Source: Mobula hypostoma (lineage: Eukaryota). Taken from it: 64,000 nucleotides of DNA. The stretch is taken from NCBI RefSeq assembly GCF_963921235.1, contig NC_086097.1:66776001-66840000 (forward strand). Reading direction: 5' to 3'. Positions 47,779-61,377 of the stretch are shown here, in pieces. Made by a program: the position numbers and the translations under genes. Below the pieces are notes generated by a model. It had not been told where the DNA came from and did no database searches. It was given only the letters and a program-made list of their open reading frames with translations. Within the stretch, counting starts at the first letter, position 1. Each line of letters begins with the position of its first letter.

Positions 47779-49859
47779 GTTATCATTAATCATTCACAGT
47801 CACCTGAATGAATACACTTATCTTCATTTCAGGTCTAGACTCTCCAGCTAGGAAGATTAACCTCTTCGTGGTTCTGCTATGTGTGGAAGGTGTTATAATT
47901 TAAAGATGAGGAAGATCCCACAATGGAAATTAACCTTCACATTCAGTGAATGGAAGGATTACTGGCACTTAGCTTTTCCCATATGTAGGTCAGCCTTCCC
48001 CAGCAGGAGTTCAGGAGTACAGCAAACAGGTAGATGTGCAGGAATCTAACTTTCAGGAACTCTCAGATTCCACAGTTGGCTGCCATGATTTGGCTCAATA
48101 TGAGGCCCTTATTTATGCAGAAATCTCGCACCATTCAAATATTGGAAGGAAACGATAGCAAAGATGAAGAGAAGGTGCCCAGGTCTGTACAGTTGGTCTA
48201 AAAATAAGACTGGCTTTTATTTTTACTTCTGCAGTCTTCTTCCTCACATTATGCACATAAAATTTGAAAGAAGTTCAAACAGATATTATAAAGTGGATCC
48301 ACCTGCTGATGGTATCATGTCTCTCAAAGCAGGGCAACATCTAATAATAGGAACATCATTGGTTCCAAACCTCTGAGCCAACTGTGTTTCAGACTGACTT
48401 AAGTTTATACCAATGTTATGAAAAGCCCAGAAGACAAATACAGCACGGATAGCCCAATACTGTTGTCAGCACACTCAATATGCACATAGGCGAGTATACC
48501 CATGCATATGGTACTCAGACACAGATGGCTCTGCAACTTCAATAAAAGCAAAAACAATAGCTGCTGGAAATCTGAACTATTCCTCAACAACTTCGGTATT
48601 TTCAATTTGTATTTCAACAGCTTCAGCATATTTTGTAAAACATGAGCTGTGTACCGTAAGTTGAAATTCACATCAGATCACAGATTCTGAAAGCATTATG
48701 ATGAAGCAGCACATTACAAACAACAACTTCCAGGTATTCACATTTTACAACGTATATTCAGATAGAAGACAATGTTAATTCTAATTAGTAATGAGAGTGA
48801 ATCTGACAATTTCACTGCTACTTCAGCCATAAATTCCAGCACATTACCAAGTTAAGCATAGCTTTCCTACATTTATATTCAATTCCCAAAGAATAAATGA
48901 CATGTTTGTTTATTCTCCTAATTACCTTCTGTACCTGCATATTAGCCTTTGCAAATCATACATCTGGCTAATCAAATCCCTCTGCTTCCAAAGCTCTGCA
49001 ATCTTCACCACGTTATTTTGAACAATTCAGCTGAAGTATTTACCAGTGCCGCCACCAGATTAAATATCAAAATAAAATCTGAGCACAGGAAGCTCAAGGG
49101 GTTTATGGAAAGAACCCAAAAGAAGAAAATGTATTTTTTAAAAATCCATAAGTTATTGCAGAATGTTGGGGTAAAATAAATGTAGAGAAGATTTATAAGC
49201 ATTGACTAAAATTATTGCCACAGACTCTTCAGTCACAAAACCCACCAATTACCTCATTCAAAAGGACCAGCTAGTCGGCCAAAACATTACAGAGTCTATC
49301 TTTTTAAGACATTGAGATGATTTAGCAGAGTCCATCAAACTCTTTTGCCAGCTGCTATAAATGCCCAGGCTTTTAAAAGTTCTTGAATCTCTCTAAAATT
49401 CAGAAACATTTAAAAATTAATGGAAGTGATTTAAAAATAGCTAACAATTTTAATTTGAAATCAGCAAAACAAAAAAAAGTCCATAAGATATAAGAGCAGA
49501 ATTAGGCTATTCAGCTCATTGAATCTGCTCCAACATTCCATCCTGGCTGATTTACTACCCCTCTCAACCCTATTCTCCCCTTAACCTTTTTTTAGCCTTC
49601 TCCCCGTAACCTTCGAAGCTCTAACTGATCAAGAGCCTATCAATCCCCTTAAATACACACAACGGCTTGGCCTGTTCAGCTGTCTGTCTGAGGCAACGAA
49701 TTCTGTGGAATCACCACCCTCTGGCTAAAGCAATTTTTTCCACATCTTTGCTCTAAATGGATGTCCCTCAATTCTGACATAGGTCCTAGGCTCTCTCTCT
49801 ATAGGAAACATCTTCTCCACATCCACTCTATCTAGGCCTTTCAATATTCTATACGTTTC

Positions 49860-52076
49860 ATAGAACATAGAATAGTACAGCACAGTACAGGCCCTTCGAC
49901 CCACAATGTTGTGCCGACCCTCAAACCTTGCCTCCACATATAAGCTCCCACCTTAGATTCCTCCATATACCTGTCTAGTAGTCTCTTAAACTTCACTAGT
50001 GTATCTGCCTCCACCACTGACTCAGGCAGTGTATTCCACGCACCAACCACTCTCTGAGTAAAAAACCTTCCTCTAATATCCCCCTTGAACTTCCCACCCC
50101 TTACCTTAAAGCCATATCCTCTTGTATTGAGCAGTGGTGCCCTGGGGAAGAGGCGCTGGCTATCCACTCTATCTATTCCTCTTATTATCTTGTACACCTC
50201 TATCATGTCTCCTCTCATCCTCCTTCTCTCCAAAGAGTAAAGCCCTAGCTCCCTTAACCTCTGATCATAATGCATATTTTCTAAACCAGGCAGCATCCTG
50301 GTAAATCTCCTCTGTACCCTTTCCAATGCTTCCACATCCTTCCTATAGTGAGGTGACCAGAACTGGACACAGTACTCCAAGTGTGGCCTAACCAGAGTTT
50401 TATAGAGCTGCACCATTACATCGCGACTCTTAAACTCTATCCCTTGACTTATGAAAGCTAACACCCCATAAGCTTTCTTAACTACCCTATCCACCTGTGA
50501 GGCAACTTTCAGGGATCTGTGGACATGTACCCCGAGATCCCTCTGCTCCTCCACACTACCAAGTATCCTGCCATTTACTTTGTACTCTGCCTTGGAGTTT
50601 GTCCTTCCAAAGTGTACCATCTCACACTTCTCAGGGTTGAACTCCATCTGCCACTTCTTAGCCCACTTCTGCATCCTATCAATGTCTCTCTGCAATCTTT
50701 GACAATCCTCTACACTATCTACAACACCACCAACCTTTGTGTCGTCTGCAAACTTGCCAACCCACCCTTCTACCCCCACATCCAGGTCGTTAATAAAAAT
50801 CACGAAAAGTAGAGGTCCCAGAACAGATCCTTGTGGGACACCACTAGTCGCAATCCTCCAATCTGAATGTACTCCCTCCACCACCACCCTCTGCCTTCTG
50901 CAGGCAAGCCAATTCTGAATCCACCTGACAAAACTTCCCTGGATCCCATGCCTTCTAACTTTCTGAATAAGCCTACCGTGTGGAACCTTGTCAAATGCCT
51001 TACTAAAATCCATACAGATCACATCCACTGCATTACCCTCATCTATATGCCTGGTCACCTCCTCAAAGAACTCTATCAGGCTTGTTAGACATGATCTGCC
51101 CTTCACAAAGCCATGCTGATTGTCCCTGATCTGACCATGATTCTCTAAATGCCCAGAGATCCTATCTCTAAGAATCTTTTCCAACAGCTTTCCCACCACA
51201 GACATAAGGCTCACTGGTCTATAATTACCCGGACTATCCCTACTACCTTTTTTGAACAAGGGGACAACATTCGCCTCCCTCCAATCCTCCCGTACCAATC
51301 CTGTGGACAACGAGAACATAAAGATCCTAACCAGAGGCTCAGCAATCTCTTCCCTCGCCTCATGGAGCGGCCTGGGGAACATTCCGTCAGGCCCCGGGGA
51401 CTTATCTGTCCTAATGTATTTTAACAACTCCAACACTCCTCTCCCTTAATATCAACATGCTCCGGAACATCAACCTCACTCATATTGTCCTCACCAACAT
51501 CAAGTTCCCTCTCATTGGTGAATACCGAAGAAAAGTATTTATTGAGGACCTTGCTCACTTCCACAGCCTCCAGGCACATCTTCCCACCTTTATCTCTAAT
51601 CGGTCCTACCTTCACTCCTGTCATCCTTTTTTTCTTCACATAATTGAAGAATGCCTTGGGGTTTTCCTTTACCCTAGTCGCCAAGGCCTTCTCATGCCCC
51701 CTTCTTGCTCTTCTCAGCCCCTTCTTAAGCTCCTTTCTTGCTTCCCTATATTTCTCAATAGACCCATCTGATCCTTGCTTCCTAAACCTCATGTATGCTG
51801 CCTTCTTCCACCTGACTAGATTTTCCACCTCACTTATCACCCATGGTTCCTTCACCCTACCATTCTTTATCTTCCTCATTGGGACACATTTATCCCTAAC
51901 ATCCCGCAAGAGATCTCTAAACATCGACCACATGTCCATAGTACATTTCCCTGCAAAAACATCATCCCAATTCACACCCGCAAGTTCTAGCCTTATAGCC
52001 TCATAATTTGCCTTTTCCCAGTTAAAAATTTTCTTGTCCTCTCTGATTCTATCCTTTTCCATGATAATGCTAAAGG
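49860..52076 (-). mobile_element. CR1 family B, 5'-truncated
   Basis: RT ORF 49841..51436 with FADD; frameshift near 51435; near-identical to 30126-32345. Confidence 0.95.
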
Positions 52077-52976
52077 TATAACCTTTAATGAGATTCTCCC
52101 CTCATTCTTCTAAACTCCAGTAAATACAAGTCCAGAGCCATCAAATGCTCATCATATGTTAATCCTTTCATTCTTGGGATCATTCTCATGAAGCTTCTCT
52201 GGTCTGTCACCAATGCCAGCCCAACATTTCTTATATAAGGCGTCCATAACTGTTCACAATACTCCAAGTACAAGTCTCAGTATTCTAGTCCTGTTGAAAT
52301 GAATGCTAACATTGCACTTGCCTTCCCTTCACCAACTCAACCTGCAAGTTAACCTTTAGGGAATCCTACACAAAGCCTTCCAAGTCCCTTTGCACCTCTG
52401 ATTTTTTTAATATTTTCCCAATTTAGAAAATAGTCCGTGCCTTTATTCCTTCAACCAAAGAGTATGACCATGCACTTCCCTACACTATATTCCATCTGAC
52501 ACTTCTTTGCCCATTCTCCCAATCTATCTAAGTCCTTCTGCAGACTCCCTGCTTCCTCAACACTACCTTCCCCTCCACCTATCTTCATATCATCCGCAAA
52601 CTTGGCCACAGACCCATCAATTCCATCATCCAAATCATTGACATATAAAGTGAAAAGAAGCAGTCCCAACACCACTAGTCACTGGCAGCCTACAAGAAAA
52701 GATCCCCTTTATTCCCACACTTGGCCTCCTTCCAGACAGCTAATCTTCTATCCATACCAGTATCTTTCCTTTAATACTGTGGTCTCTTGTTAAACAGCCT
52801 CATGTGCCAAAGGCATTCTGAAAATCCTGGTAAACAATATCCACTTTCTCTACTTTATCTATCCTGCTTGTTATTTCCTCTTGAATTCCAGCAGATTGGT
52901 CAGATAATTATTTTCTATATTATCTCAATGTGCACTTATGAATGTACAAATTAATACAGATTTACTCACATAAAAA

Positions 52977-55652
52977 ATAGAAACATAGAAACATAGAAAA
53001 TAGGTGCAGGAGTAGGCCATTCGGCCCTTCGAGCCTGCACCGCCATTTATTATGATCATGGCTGATCATCCAACTCAGAACCCAGCCTTCCCTCCATACC
53101 CCCTGACCCCTGTAGCCACAAGGGCCATATCTAACTTCCTTTTAAACATAGCTAATGAACTGGCCTCAACAGTTTGCTGTGGCAGAGAATTCCACAGATT
53201 CACCACTCTCTGTGTGAAGAAGTTTTTCCTGATCTCGGTCCTAAAAGGCTTCCCCTCTATCCTCAAACTGTGACCCCTCGTTCTGGACCTCCCCAACATC
53301 GGGAACAATCTTCCCGCATCTAGCCTGTCCAATCCCTTTAGGATCTTATACGTTTCAATCAGATCCCCCTTCAATCTTCTAAATTCCAACGAGTACAAGC
53401 CCAGTTCATCCAGTCTTTCTTCATATGAAAGACCTGCCATCCCAGGAATCAATCTGGTGAACCTTCTTTGTACTCCCTCTATGGCAAAGATGTCTTTCCT
53501 CAGATTAGGGGACCAAAACTGCACACAATACTCCAGGTGTGGTCTCACCAAGGCCTTGTACAACTGCAGTAGTACCTCCCTGCTCCTGTACTCGAATCCT
53601 CTCGCTATAAATGCCAGCATACCGTTCGCCTTTTTCACCGCCTGCTGTACCTGCATGCCCACTTTCAATGACTGGTGTATAATGACACCCAGGTCTCGTT
53701 GCACCTCCCCTTTTCCTAATCGGCCACCATTCAGATAATAATCTGTTTTCCTATTTTTGCCACCAAAGTGGATAACTTCACATTTATCCACATTAAATTG
53801 CATCTGCCATGAGTTTGCCCACTCACCCAACCTATCCAAGTCACCCTGCATCCTCTTAGCATCCTCCTCACTGCTAACACTGCCACCCAGCTTCGTGTTA
53901 TCCGCAAACTTGGAGATGCTGCATTTAATTCCCTCATCCAAGTCATTAATATATATTGTAAACAACTGAGGTCCCAGCACTGAGCCTTGCGGTACCCCAC
54001 TAGTCACCGCCTGCCATTCTGAAAAGGTCCCGTTTATTCCCACTCTTTGCTTCCTGTCTGCCAACCAATTCTCCACCCACACCAATACCTTACCCCCAAT
54101 ACCGTGCGCTTTAAGTTTGCACACTAATCTCCTGTGTGGGACCTTGTCAAAAGCCTTTTGAAAATCCAAATATACCACATCCACTGGTTCTCCCCTATCC
54201 ACTCTACTAGTTACATCCTCAAAAAATTCTATGAGATTCGTCAGACATGATTTTCCTTTCACAAATCCATGCTGACTTTGTCCGATGATTTCACCGCTTT
54301 CCAAATGTGCTGTTATCACATCCTTGATAACTGACTCCAGCAGTTTCCCCACCACCAACGTTAGGCTAACCGGCCTATAATTCCCCGGTTTCTCTCTCCC
54401 TCCTTGTTTAAAAAGTGGGGTTACATTAGCCACCCTCCAATCCTCAGGAACTAGTCCAGAATCTAACGAGTTTTGAAAAATTATCACTAATGCATCCACT
54501 ATTTCTTGGGCTACTTCCTTAAGCACTCTGGGATGCAGACCATCTGGCCCTGGGGATTTATCTGCCTTCAATCCCTTCAATTTACCTAACACCACTTCCC
54601 TACTAACATGTATTTCGCTCAGTTCCTCCATCTCACTGGACCCTCTGTCCCTTACTATTTCTGGAAGATTATTTATGTCCTCCTTAGTGAAGACAGAACC
54701 AAAGTAATTATTCAATTGGTCTGCCATGTCCTTGCTCCCCATAATCAATTCACCTGTTTCTGTTTGCAGGGGACCTACATTTGTCTTTATCAGTCTTTTC
54801 CTTTTTACATATCTATAAAAGCTTTTACAGTCCGTTTTTATGTTCTCTGCCAGTTTTCTCTCATAATCTTTTTTCCCCTTCCTAATTAAGCCCTTTGTCC
54901 TCCTCTGCTGAACTCTGAATTTCTCCCAGTCCTCAGGTGAGCCACTTTCTCTGGCTAATTTGTATGCTACTTCTTTGGAATTGATACTATCCCTAATTTC
55001 TCTTGTCAGCCATGGGTGCACTACCTTCCTTGATTTATTCTTTTGCCAAACTGGGATGAACAATTGTTGTAGTTCATCCATGCAACCTTTAAATGCCTGC
55101 CATTGCATATCCACCGTCAATCCTTTAAGTGTCATTTGCCAGTCTATCTTAGCTAATTCACGACTCATACCTTCAAAGTTACCCCTCTTTAAGTTCAGAA
55201 CCTTTGTTTCTGAATTAACTACGTCACTCTCCATGTTAATGAAGAATTCCACCATATTATGGTCACTCTTACCCAAGGGGCCTCTCACGACAAGATCGCT
55301 AATTAACCCTTCCTCATTGCTCAAAACCCAGTCCAGAATAGCCTGCTCTCTAGTCGGTTCCTCGACATGTTGGTTCAAAAAACCATCCCGCATACATTCC
55401 AAGAAATCCTCTTCCTCAGCACCTTTACCAATTTGGTTCACCCAGTCTACATGTAGATTGAAGTCACCCATTATAACTGCTGTTCCTTTATTGCACACAT
55501 TTCTAATTTCCTGTTGAATACCATCTCCGATCTCACTACTACTGTTAGGTGGCCTGTACACAACTCCCACCAGCGTCTTCTGCCCCTTAGTGTTACGCAG
55601 CTCTACCCATATCGATTCCACATCTTCCCAGCTTATGTCCTTCCTTTCTATT
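52977..55652 (-). mobile_element. CR1 family A, 5'-truncated, with an 848-codon open frame
   Basis: ORF 53075..55621 runs from mid-EN to the C-terminus; the catalytic motif reads FADNTK; (TTTCTATG)n tail. Confidence 0.95.
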
Positions 55653-57086
55653 GAAAAGAAGGTTATATATGTAAAATAAAAGTTTGTGTATTACTTGTGA
55701 ATACCTTATCCAAATAAAAATAAAATTAAAAAAAGAAATCTAGCTAACTGGCCTATAATTTCCTTCCTTCTGCCTCCATCCCTTCTTAAAGAATGGAGTG
55801 ATGTTTTTGATTTTCCAGCCTCCTGAACCATTCCAGAATCTAGTGATTCTTGAAAGATCATTACTTATACCTCCACAATCTCTTCAGCAACGTCTTTCAG
55901 AACCCAAAGTTGTAGTCCATCTGATCCCGGTGACATCCACCTTCAGACCTTTCAGCTTCCCAAGCACCTTCTCCTTAGTAATAGCAACAACACTCATTTC
56001 TGTCCCCGACACTCCCAAATTTCTGGCATTCCGCTAGCGTCTTCCACAGTGAAGACTGACGCAAAATACTTATTAACTTTATCCACCATCTCTTTATTTC
56101 CCCCATTACTACCCCGCCAGCATCATTTTCCAGTGTTCCAGTATGCATTCCGGTTTCTCTTTCACTCTTCATATAACTGAGAAATATCTAAAAAACACAA
56201 TTTTAAAAAAGCACTAATGATATTTTTATAGAATCACATCTGTTTATCCTTCCCATGGCTCGATGTTCTGTAATCAGGATCCAAGAACCTCAGACAGATC
56301 CAGCTCTACTGGTGATCTCCTCAGAAGTCCTGACATTTCAAAAGGTAAATGCTAGCTGTTCCAAGTCAATTAACTAATTCTGGACCAATAAACGATAAAT
56401 GAATATTTTTTAAAATGTTAAGTAGTGATAATGATAGCATTGCATAACAGTACTGTTTTCGAGATTTATTTTATACAAAGCATAATTAATCTGCCCCAAC
56501 ATCTAAATATTGAGATGTGCAGACCATCTGATTTACTGAGACTGCTGCAGTTATAGCTTTGAGATGTGAAGAGTTTACTGAACTGCAGCATAGCAATAGA
56601 GTTTCTCCCAGTGGTGCTAAACTGGTATTGCTACCTTCCAGTCCCTCTGATTAAATTCCTGGTAAATAACAGAAAATCAAAAAAAGATTGAAGATGCAAA
56701 GGTAGAAAATGCTGGCATATAAAAAAAGCTCAGCCGTTAAGACAACAGCTGTGCAAAGAAAAAAAAACACCGTTTATGGGAACTGATAAATAATAGACCA
56801 GAATTTGCCATCAGGAAAGTGTCAATGATGTGACAATATCTGGCCTTTGAAGTGGTTGAGGGGCTGGAAAGGGGGCATTTAGAGGGGAAGGAGTGTGAAG
56901 TTGAGTTTTGAGGAGGACGGGGTGGGGTTATAGGGGGCTATGAGGCCCAGAATAAACTGGAACCATAAAACGCAAAGCTGCACTATCAGATACTTCGAAG
57001 GTTTTTGATATTCAGAGTGTTCAAAGACATTCCAAAGCCATTAAATAAAGAATCAAGCTATAAAAAATCATTAACATTTTAGCATA

Positions 57087-57257
57087 GACACGAGGAAATC
57101 TGCAGATGCTGGAAATTCAAGAAACACACACAAAAAATGCTGGTGAGCGCAGCAGGCCAGGCAGCATCTATAGGAAGAGGTACAATCAAAGTTTCAGGCC
57201 GGGACCCTTCGTCAGGACTAACTGAAAGAAGAGATAGTAAGAGATTTGAAAGTGGGA
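57087..57257 (-). mobile_element. Penelope-derived short repeat with a degenerate hammerhead (57184-57219)
   Basis: Minus strand AGTC-CTGACGA-AGGGTCCCGGCCT-GAAACTTT-GATT; similar to 39980-40113. Confidence 0.8.
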
Positions 57258-57842
57258 CATATCTAAAGACACTTTAATCATAAGTAAACATAAACATCTA
57301 AGAATATTAACCTTTTTTTCCTCCTCTGATATTAATTAAGATCTTCCATGGCGGGCTTAACCTGCTGCAGACTGTTCCAGAATATTCCCCATCATGAATC
57401 CAGCAACAGAGCAATTAGGAGATCACCACTGCACAGCTGCAGAAAGATGAGGAGTTGTAGTTTGTGCAGCAGCCACAAAATCTCTAACCCTTACATGGGA
57501 TGTGCCAGCAGTTGCTCATGTAACTGACAGCATTCCCCCAGAAGCTCTGGTCTAATTTATTTTCACTGGCAGTTCACCTGTGGTGTTCTCGATGCTCATT
57601 TGTAAGATAATTGGTTTTATAATGGAGCTGTTAGCTACACCATGAATGACCTATTGCCTGCACCCTAACCAACAGTGTCACAAACTGATTTTTCTCTTAA
57701 CAATTCTGTTCAGTAAATCAAAGAAGCTAAAGCATACCTTAGGTATCCACTCACCTCCTCTCTCACGGAATCGATGCTAAAGCAACTTCTCTACATTTTT
57801 ACCATTTGACTAGATCCCCCAACATAAAAGGTATGATTGACA

Positions 57843-58039
57843 AAGAGAAAGTCTGCAGGCGCTGGAAATCCAAGCAACACACACACAAAATGCTGGAGGA
57901 ACTCAGCAGGCCAGGCAGCCACTATGGAAAAGAGCACAGTCGACGTTTTGGGTCGAGACCCTTCATCAGGTCCGAAATGTCGACTGCACGCTTTTCCAAA
58001 GAAAATTCCTGGCCTGCTGAGTTCCTCCAGCATTTTGTG
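57843..58039. mobile_element. Inverted pair of Penelope-derived short repeats
   Basis: Perfect 32-bp inverted repeat (57884-57915 / 58008-58039) with hammerhead remnants at the centre. Confidence 0.8.
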
Positions 58040-58827
58040 AAGGTGTTACGATGATGATGAGATATTTCCCTTTGTTTCTGGAATGAATCTAATTACCAAA
58101 ACGAGGTCTACCAACAATCCCTGATTTGCCTGAATATTTTGAACGTTTAGCACATGTCCAAACTGCAGTAGGTCAGAAAACTAATCAGATAATAAAGCCC
58201 AACAGCAATGGTGATATCAAGCACCTGTTTAATGGGCCAGATCATCTGACTGCTGCTTCTACCAGTCCCTGGCCTGAGTCAGCCTCTCCCAGAGATTCTG
58301 GTTCTACCTTGCCCATTCCCATTGCCAGCAATCACACAGCTGCCTGTTCCTGCACCAGACTTGTTTGGGAAAAAAAACAATTGGCTCCCTGATAGAGCTA
58401 TGAACTGCAGTGGGATGTGCATGGAAAACAAAATGATAGTTACTGAGGTAACACAATGCATAAGCCAGTTGAGTGGCATAATTTTAAAAAAAGATACAAG
58501 AAGGGTTTGTGTAATTTAAGATGCTGCTGCTCCAGAAACCATTAAACCAAGGGACTCCTGCAAATGAATGCAATTAATAATGGCAGTATTATTTTATGAG
58601 ACATTTACCATTTTGTCCACAATTCAGGGATAATTTCTGAAGCTCATTACCCAGCTTACATGGGGCCTTCCAGTTAATTTATTTTTGTGGACATAATTAA
58701 GGGATGAATTTTGCTCAGAACCATATAAAACATTTTCATCATATAGTAGGTGTATCACATTCACTTTAACAGGCAGGTGGATACTTCATTTAATGGGTTC
58801 CATAAAGGATGCTACCGGCTATATTTA

Positions 58828-59371
58828 TAGTCAGTGGCCACTTTCTTAGGTGCATCTGCTCATTAATGGAACTATCTAATCAGCCAGTTACGTGGCTGCA
58901 ACTCAATGCATAAAAACATGCAGTCAAGATGTTCAGTTGCCGTTCAGACCACATATCAGAATAGGGAAGAAATATGATCTGTGAATTTGACCGTGGATAA
59001 TTCTTGGAGCCAGATGGGGTGTTTAGAGTATCTCAGAAATTGCTCATCTCCTGAGATTTTCACACACAACAGTCTCTAGCACTTACAGAGAAGGGTGCAA
59101 CAAACATCTAGTGAGCGGCACTCTGTGGGCGAAAACACCTTAATAATGAGAGAAATCAGAGGAGAATGGCCAGAATGGTTCAAACTGACAGGAGGGTGAC
59201 AGTAACTCAAATAACCACGTGTTATAATAGTGGAGCGTAGAAGAGCATCTCTGAACACACAACATGTGGAACCTTAAAGCGAATGAGATACAGCAGCAGA
59301 AAACCATGAACGTACACTCAGTGGCCACTTTACTAAGTACAGGAAGTACCTTACAAAGTGACCACTGAGCA
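58828..59371 (+). mobile_element. Tc1 derivative: left TIR and transposase N-terminal HTH remnant, closed by a mini-MITE
   Basis: TCAGTGGCCACTTT TIR; decayed GKK.DL..FDRG, ISE.A.LL.FS.TTVS and QRRMARMVQTDRRVTVTQITT; mini-MITE at 59315-59371. Confidence 0.85.
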
Positions 59372-60668
59372 CAGTGCTGCGCTGAAGCCCATGTTATGTT
59401 CTCAGAAGATAGGACTTCACACACTAACCTCTAACTCAGCATCATGTGCAATACTGTTTGATCATTGAGTGAGAGATGGGATTTCCTTCATCTCCACAAT
59501 ATGATAGTTTTGGAGTCATAAAAGTATTTGTAAATCGTTTTTTCATCAGGTGACCCAGAACTTGAAGGAGGGGTTAGTGAGAGATGGGGTCACAGGCTGG
59601 AAATTGTTTTATTTGTCTCCTACAGGAGATAGTGTGGGTGTGTGTAGTAGAGTGTAGGTGATAGTCCACAAATTCATGCCACACTAGGAGAGAATGGGGC
59701 CAGTAAATTAGTTGGTGTTTTTATCTCTTTTGCGTGCTAAATGTTGATCGAAACCCAAACTTTACAGTTCAACTTGCATTGACATTGCAGATGGTGAAGA
59801 GATAGAAATAGATTGTAGAAACAGCCTGCGTGAAAAGAGTTGGTGGAGAGACCAGAAACAATGTTGAGAAGGAGGATAAAGCTGGGTGGTGAAAACAAAG
59901 GAGACAGGTTGGGAGAAGCTCTTTTAAAAAGGGAGTGGGCATAGAGTATCTTACTGATGCTGATAATGTTATAGTTTAAATTAGGAACATAACGTACTGT
60001 GCTGGAGGAACTCATCAGGTCAGCAGTTGGAAATGGACAGTCGACTTTTCAATTCAATGCCCGTCATCCAGAAAATCTGTGTGGATGCTTCACTGAGGCT
60101 CCAGTAATGGGAGATGGAAGCAGTCTTTGTGTAGTTTCAAGCAGCTTTAGAAATTATCCACCATCAATAGCACTGCTGTGCAATGAGAACAGAGAAAAGC
60201 TTTGGAGTGTGGCTAGATAGTTAATTACCTATGCTTCACTTTATACATAGTATAGTTTGAGGAACATTTTTATTCTTGAAAAAGGAACATGCCACAAATA
60301 TTAGACTTCCAATAACATGAATCTGAAAAAGACTTAATTTTATTAAGCAAACTCAATTTCTTGTGTTCCATTAAAAATTTGATATTGAGCACTAACATTA
60401 TTCAAGTTTCAGCACCACAATTCTTAAATCGAGGGTTCAAACCAGGGTTGAACCAATAATTGCTGGGGAAATGCCATGTGAAATAAAATTATTCTAATAC
60501 TCTGATTTATAAGCAATGCTTCCAGAATGTTCCTCCACTTCAAATATTGTAAAATATTTTAAATAAACCCTAACCCTAATGTATGTAAGAAGGTCAGTGT
60601 AACAGTGGTAATGGGAAACTTCAATATGCAGGTAGACTGGGAAAATTAGATTGGCACTCGGTCGCGAG

Positions 60669-61377
60669 CAATGTTCTCTCTAATCTTATGCTGTGCAATT
60701 TTTTGCCCAGTGACAACAGGCGCGCACTGAATTTCTAAGTGGAAGTAAATCTGAAACAATTCTAAGGATAACAGACTACCAAGTCCAGTTTGTTGTTCAT
60801 TGTTTAAAAGAAATAAAATAATACACATCAATAATCCTTATTTCTCATATACCGTTCAACAGCATGTCATAATACCAATCTTTTCACATGTTATTAAAGT
60901 TATTTGAAATGGTCAAACAACTTGTTCCCACTTGCAAATTCTCCAGCAACAATACATGCAGGTAACACCAGTTTCTGTATTGTACATAAGTATTCCCTGT
61001 AGCTATACGTTCCTGACCTCATGAGCTTTCAGTGAAGCAGTTTCTACTGTTTCATTAAGCCATTTTGTTTCAAATGAACTAGCAGTTCTCTTGCACTTCA
61101 CACCCTTTGCTTCTATGGAACTCAACATTATGAATCAATAATTTCTTCAATTTAAAAAAAAACAGTATAAATAAGCCAGCTCTAAAATCTGCAGATTCCA
61201 TGTTGTTGATACTGTCTGTATTAAAATCCAGAAAAGGAAATGTAATTGTTTACAATTGTAAAATATACTTAACATGTCAAAGAGATAGAGGGTGACAACT
61301 TTTTGTGCACAATTTGAATTCCTTTGTGCGCCAGTAGTAAAAGATGTGTACACATGCACACCTTAGATGGAACACTG
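60669..61377 (-). mobile_element. hAT Tip100-group (Arthur1-like) deletion derivative
   Basis: TIRs CAGTGTTCCATCTAA / TTAGAGAGAACATTG; 8-bp TSD GTCGCGAG/GTCACGAG; remnant KCKRTASSFETKWLNETVETASLKAHEVRNV..MYNTETGVTCMYC. Confidence 0.8.

Larger units (their letters stand above)
49483..56180 (-). mobile_element. Old CR1 host (pieces ~49483-49859, 52085-52900, 55738-56180) containing two younger CR1s and an A-tailed plus-strand fragment
   Basis: Collinear RT remnants in ORFs 52085, 52451 and 55975; 3' tail at 49483. Confidence 0.8.

Noticed and set aside
60566..60580. AACCCTAACCCTAA telomere-like motif
   Set aside because: Only two units; compatible with chance.
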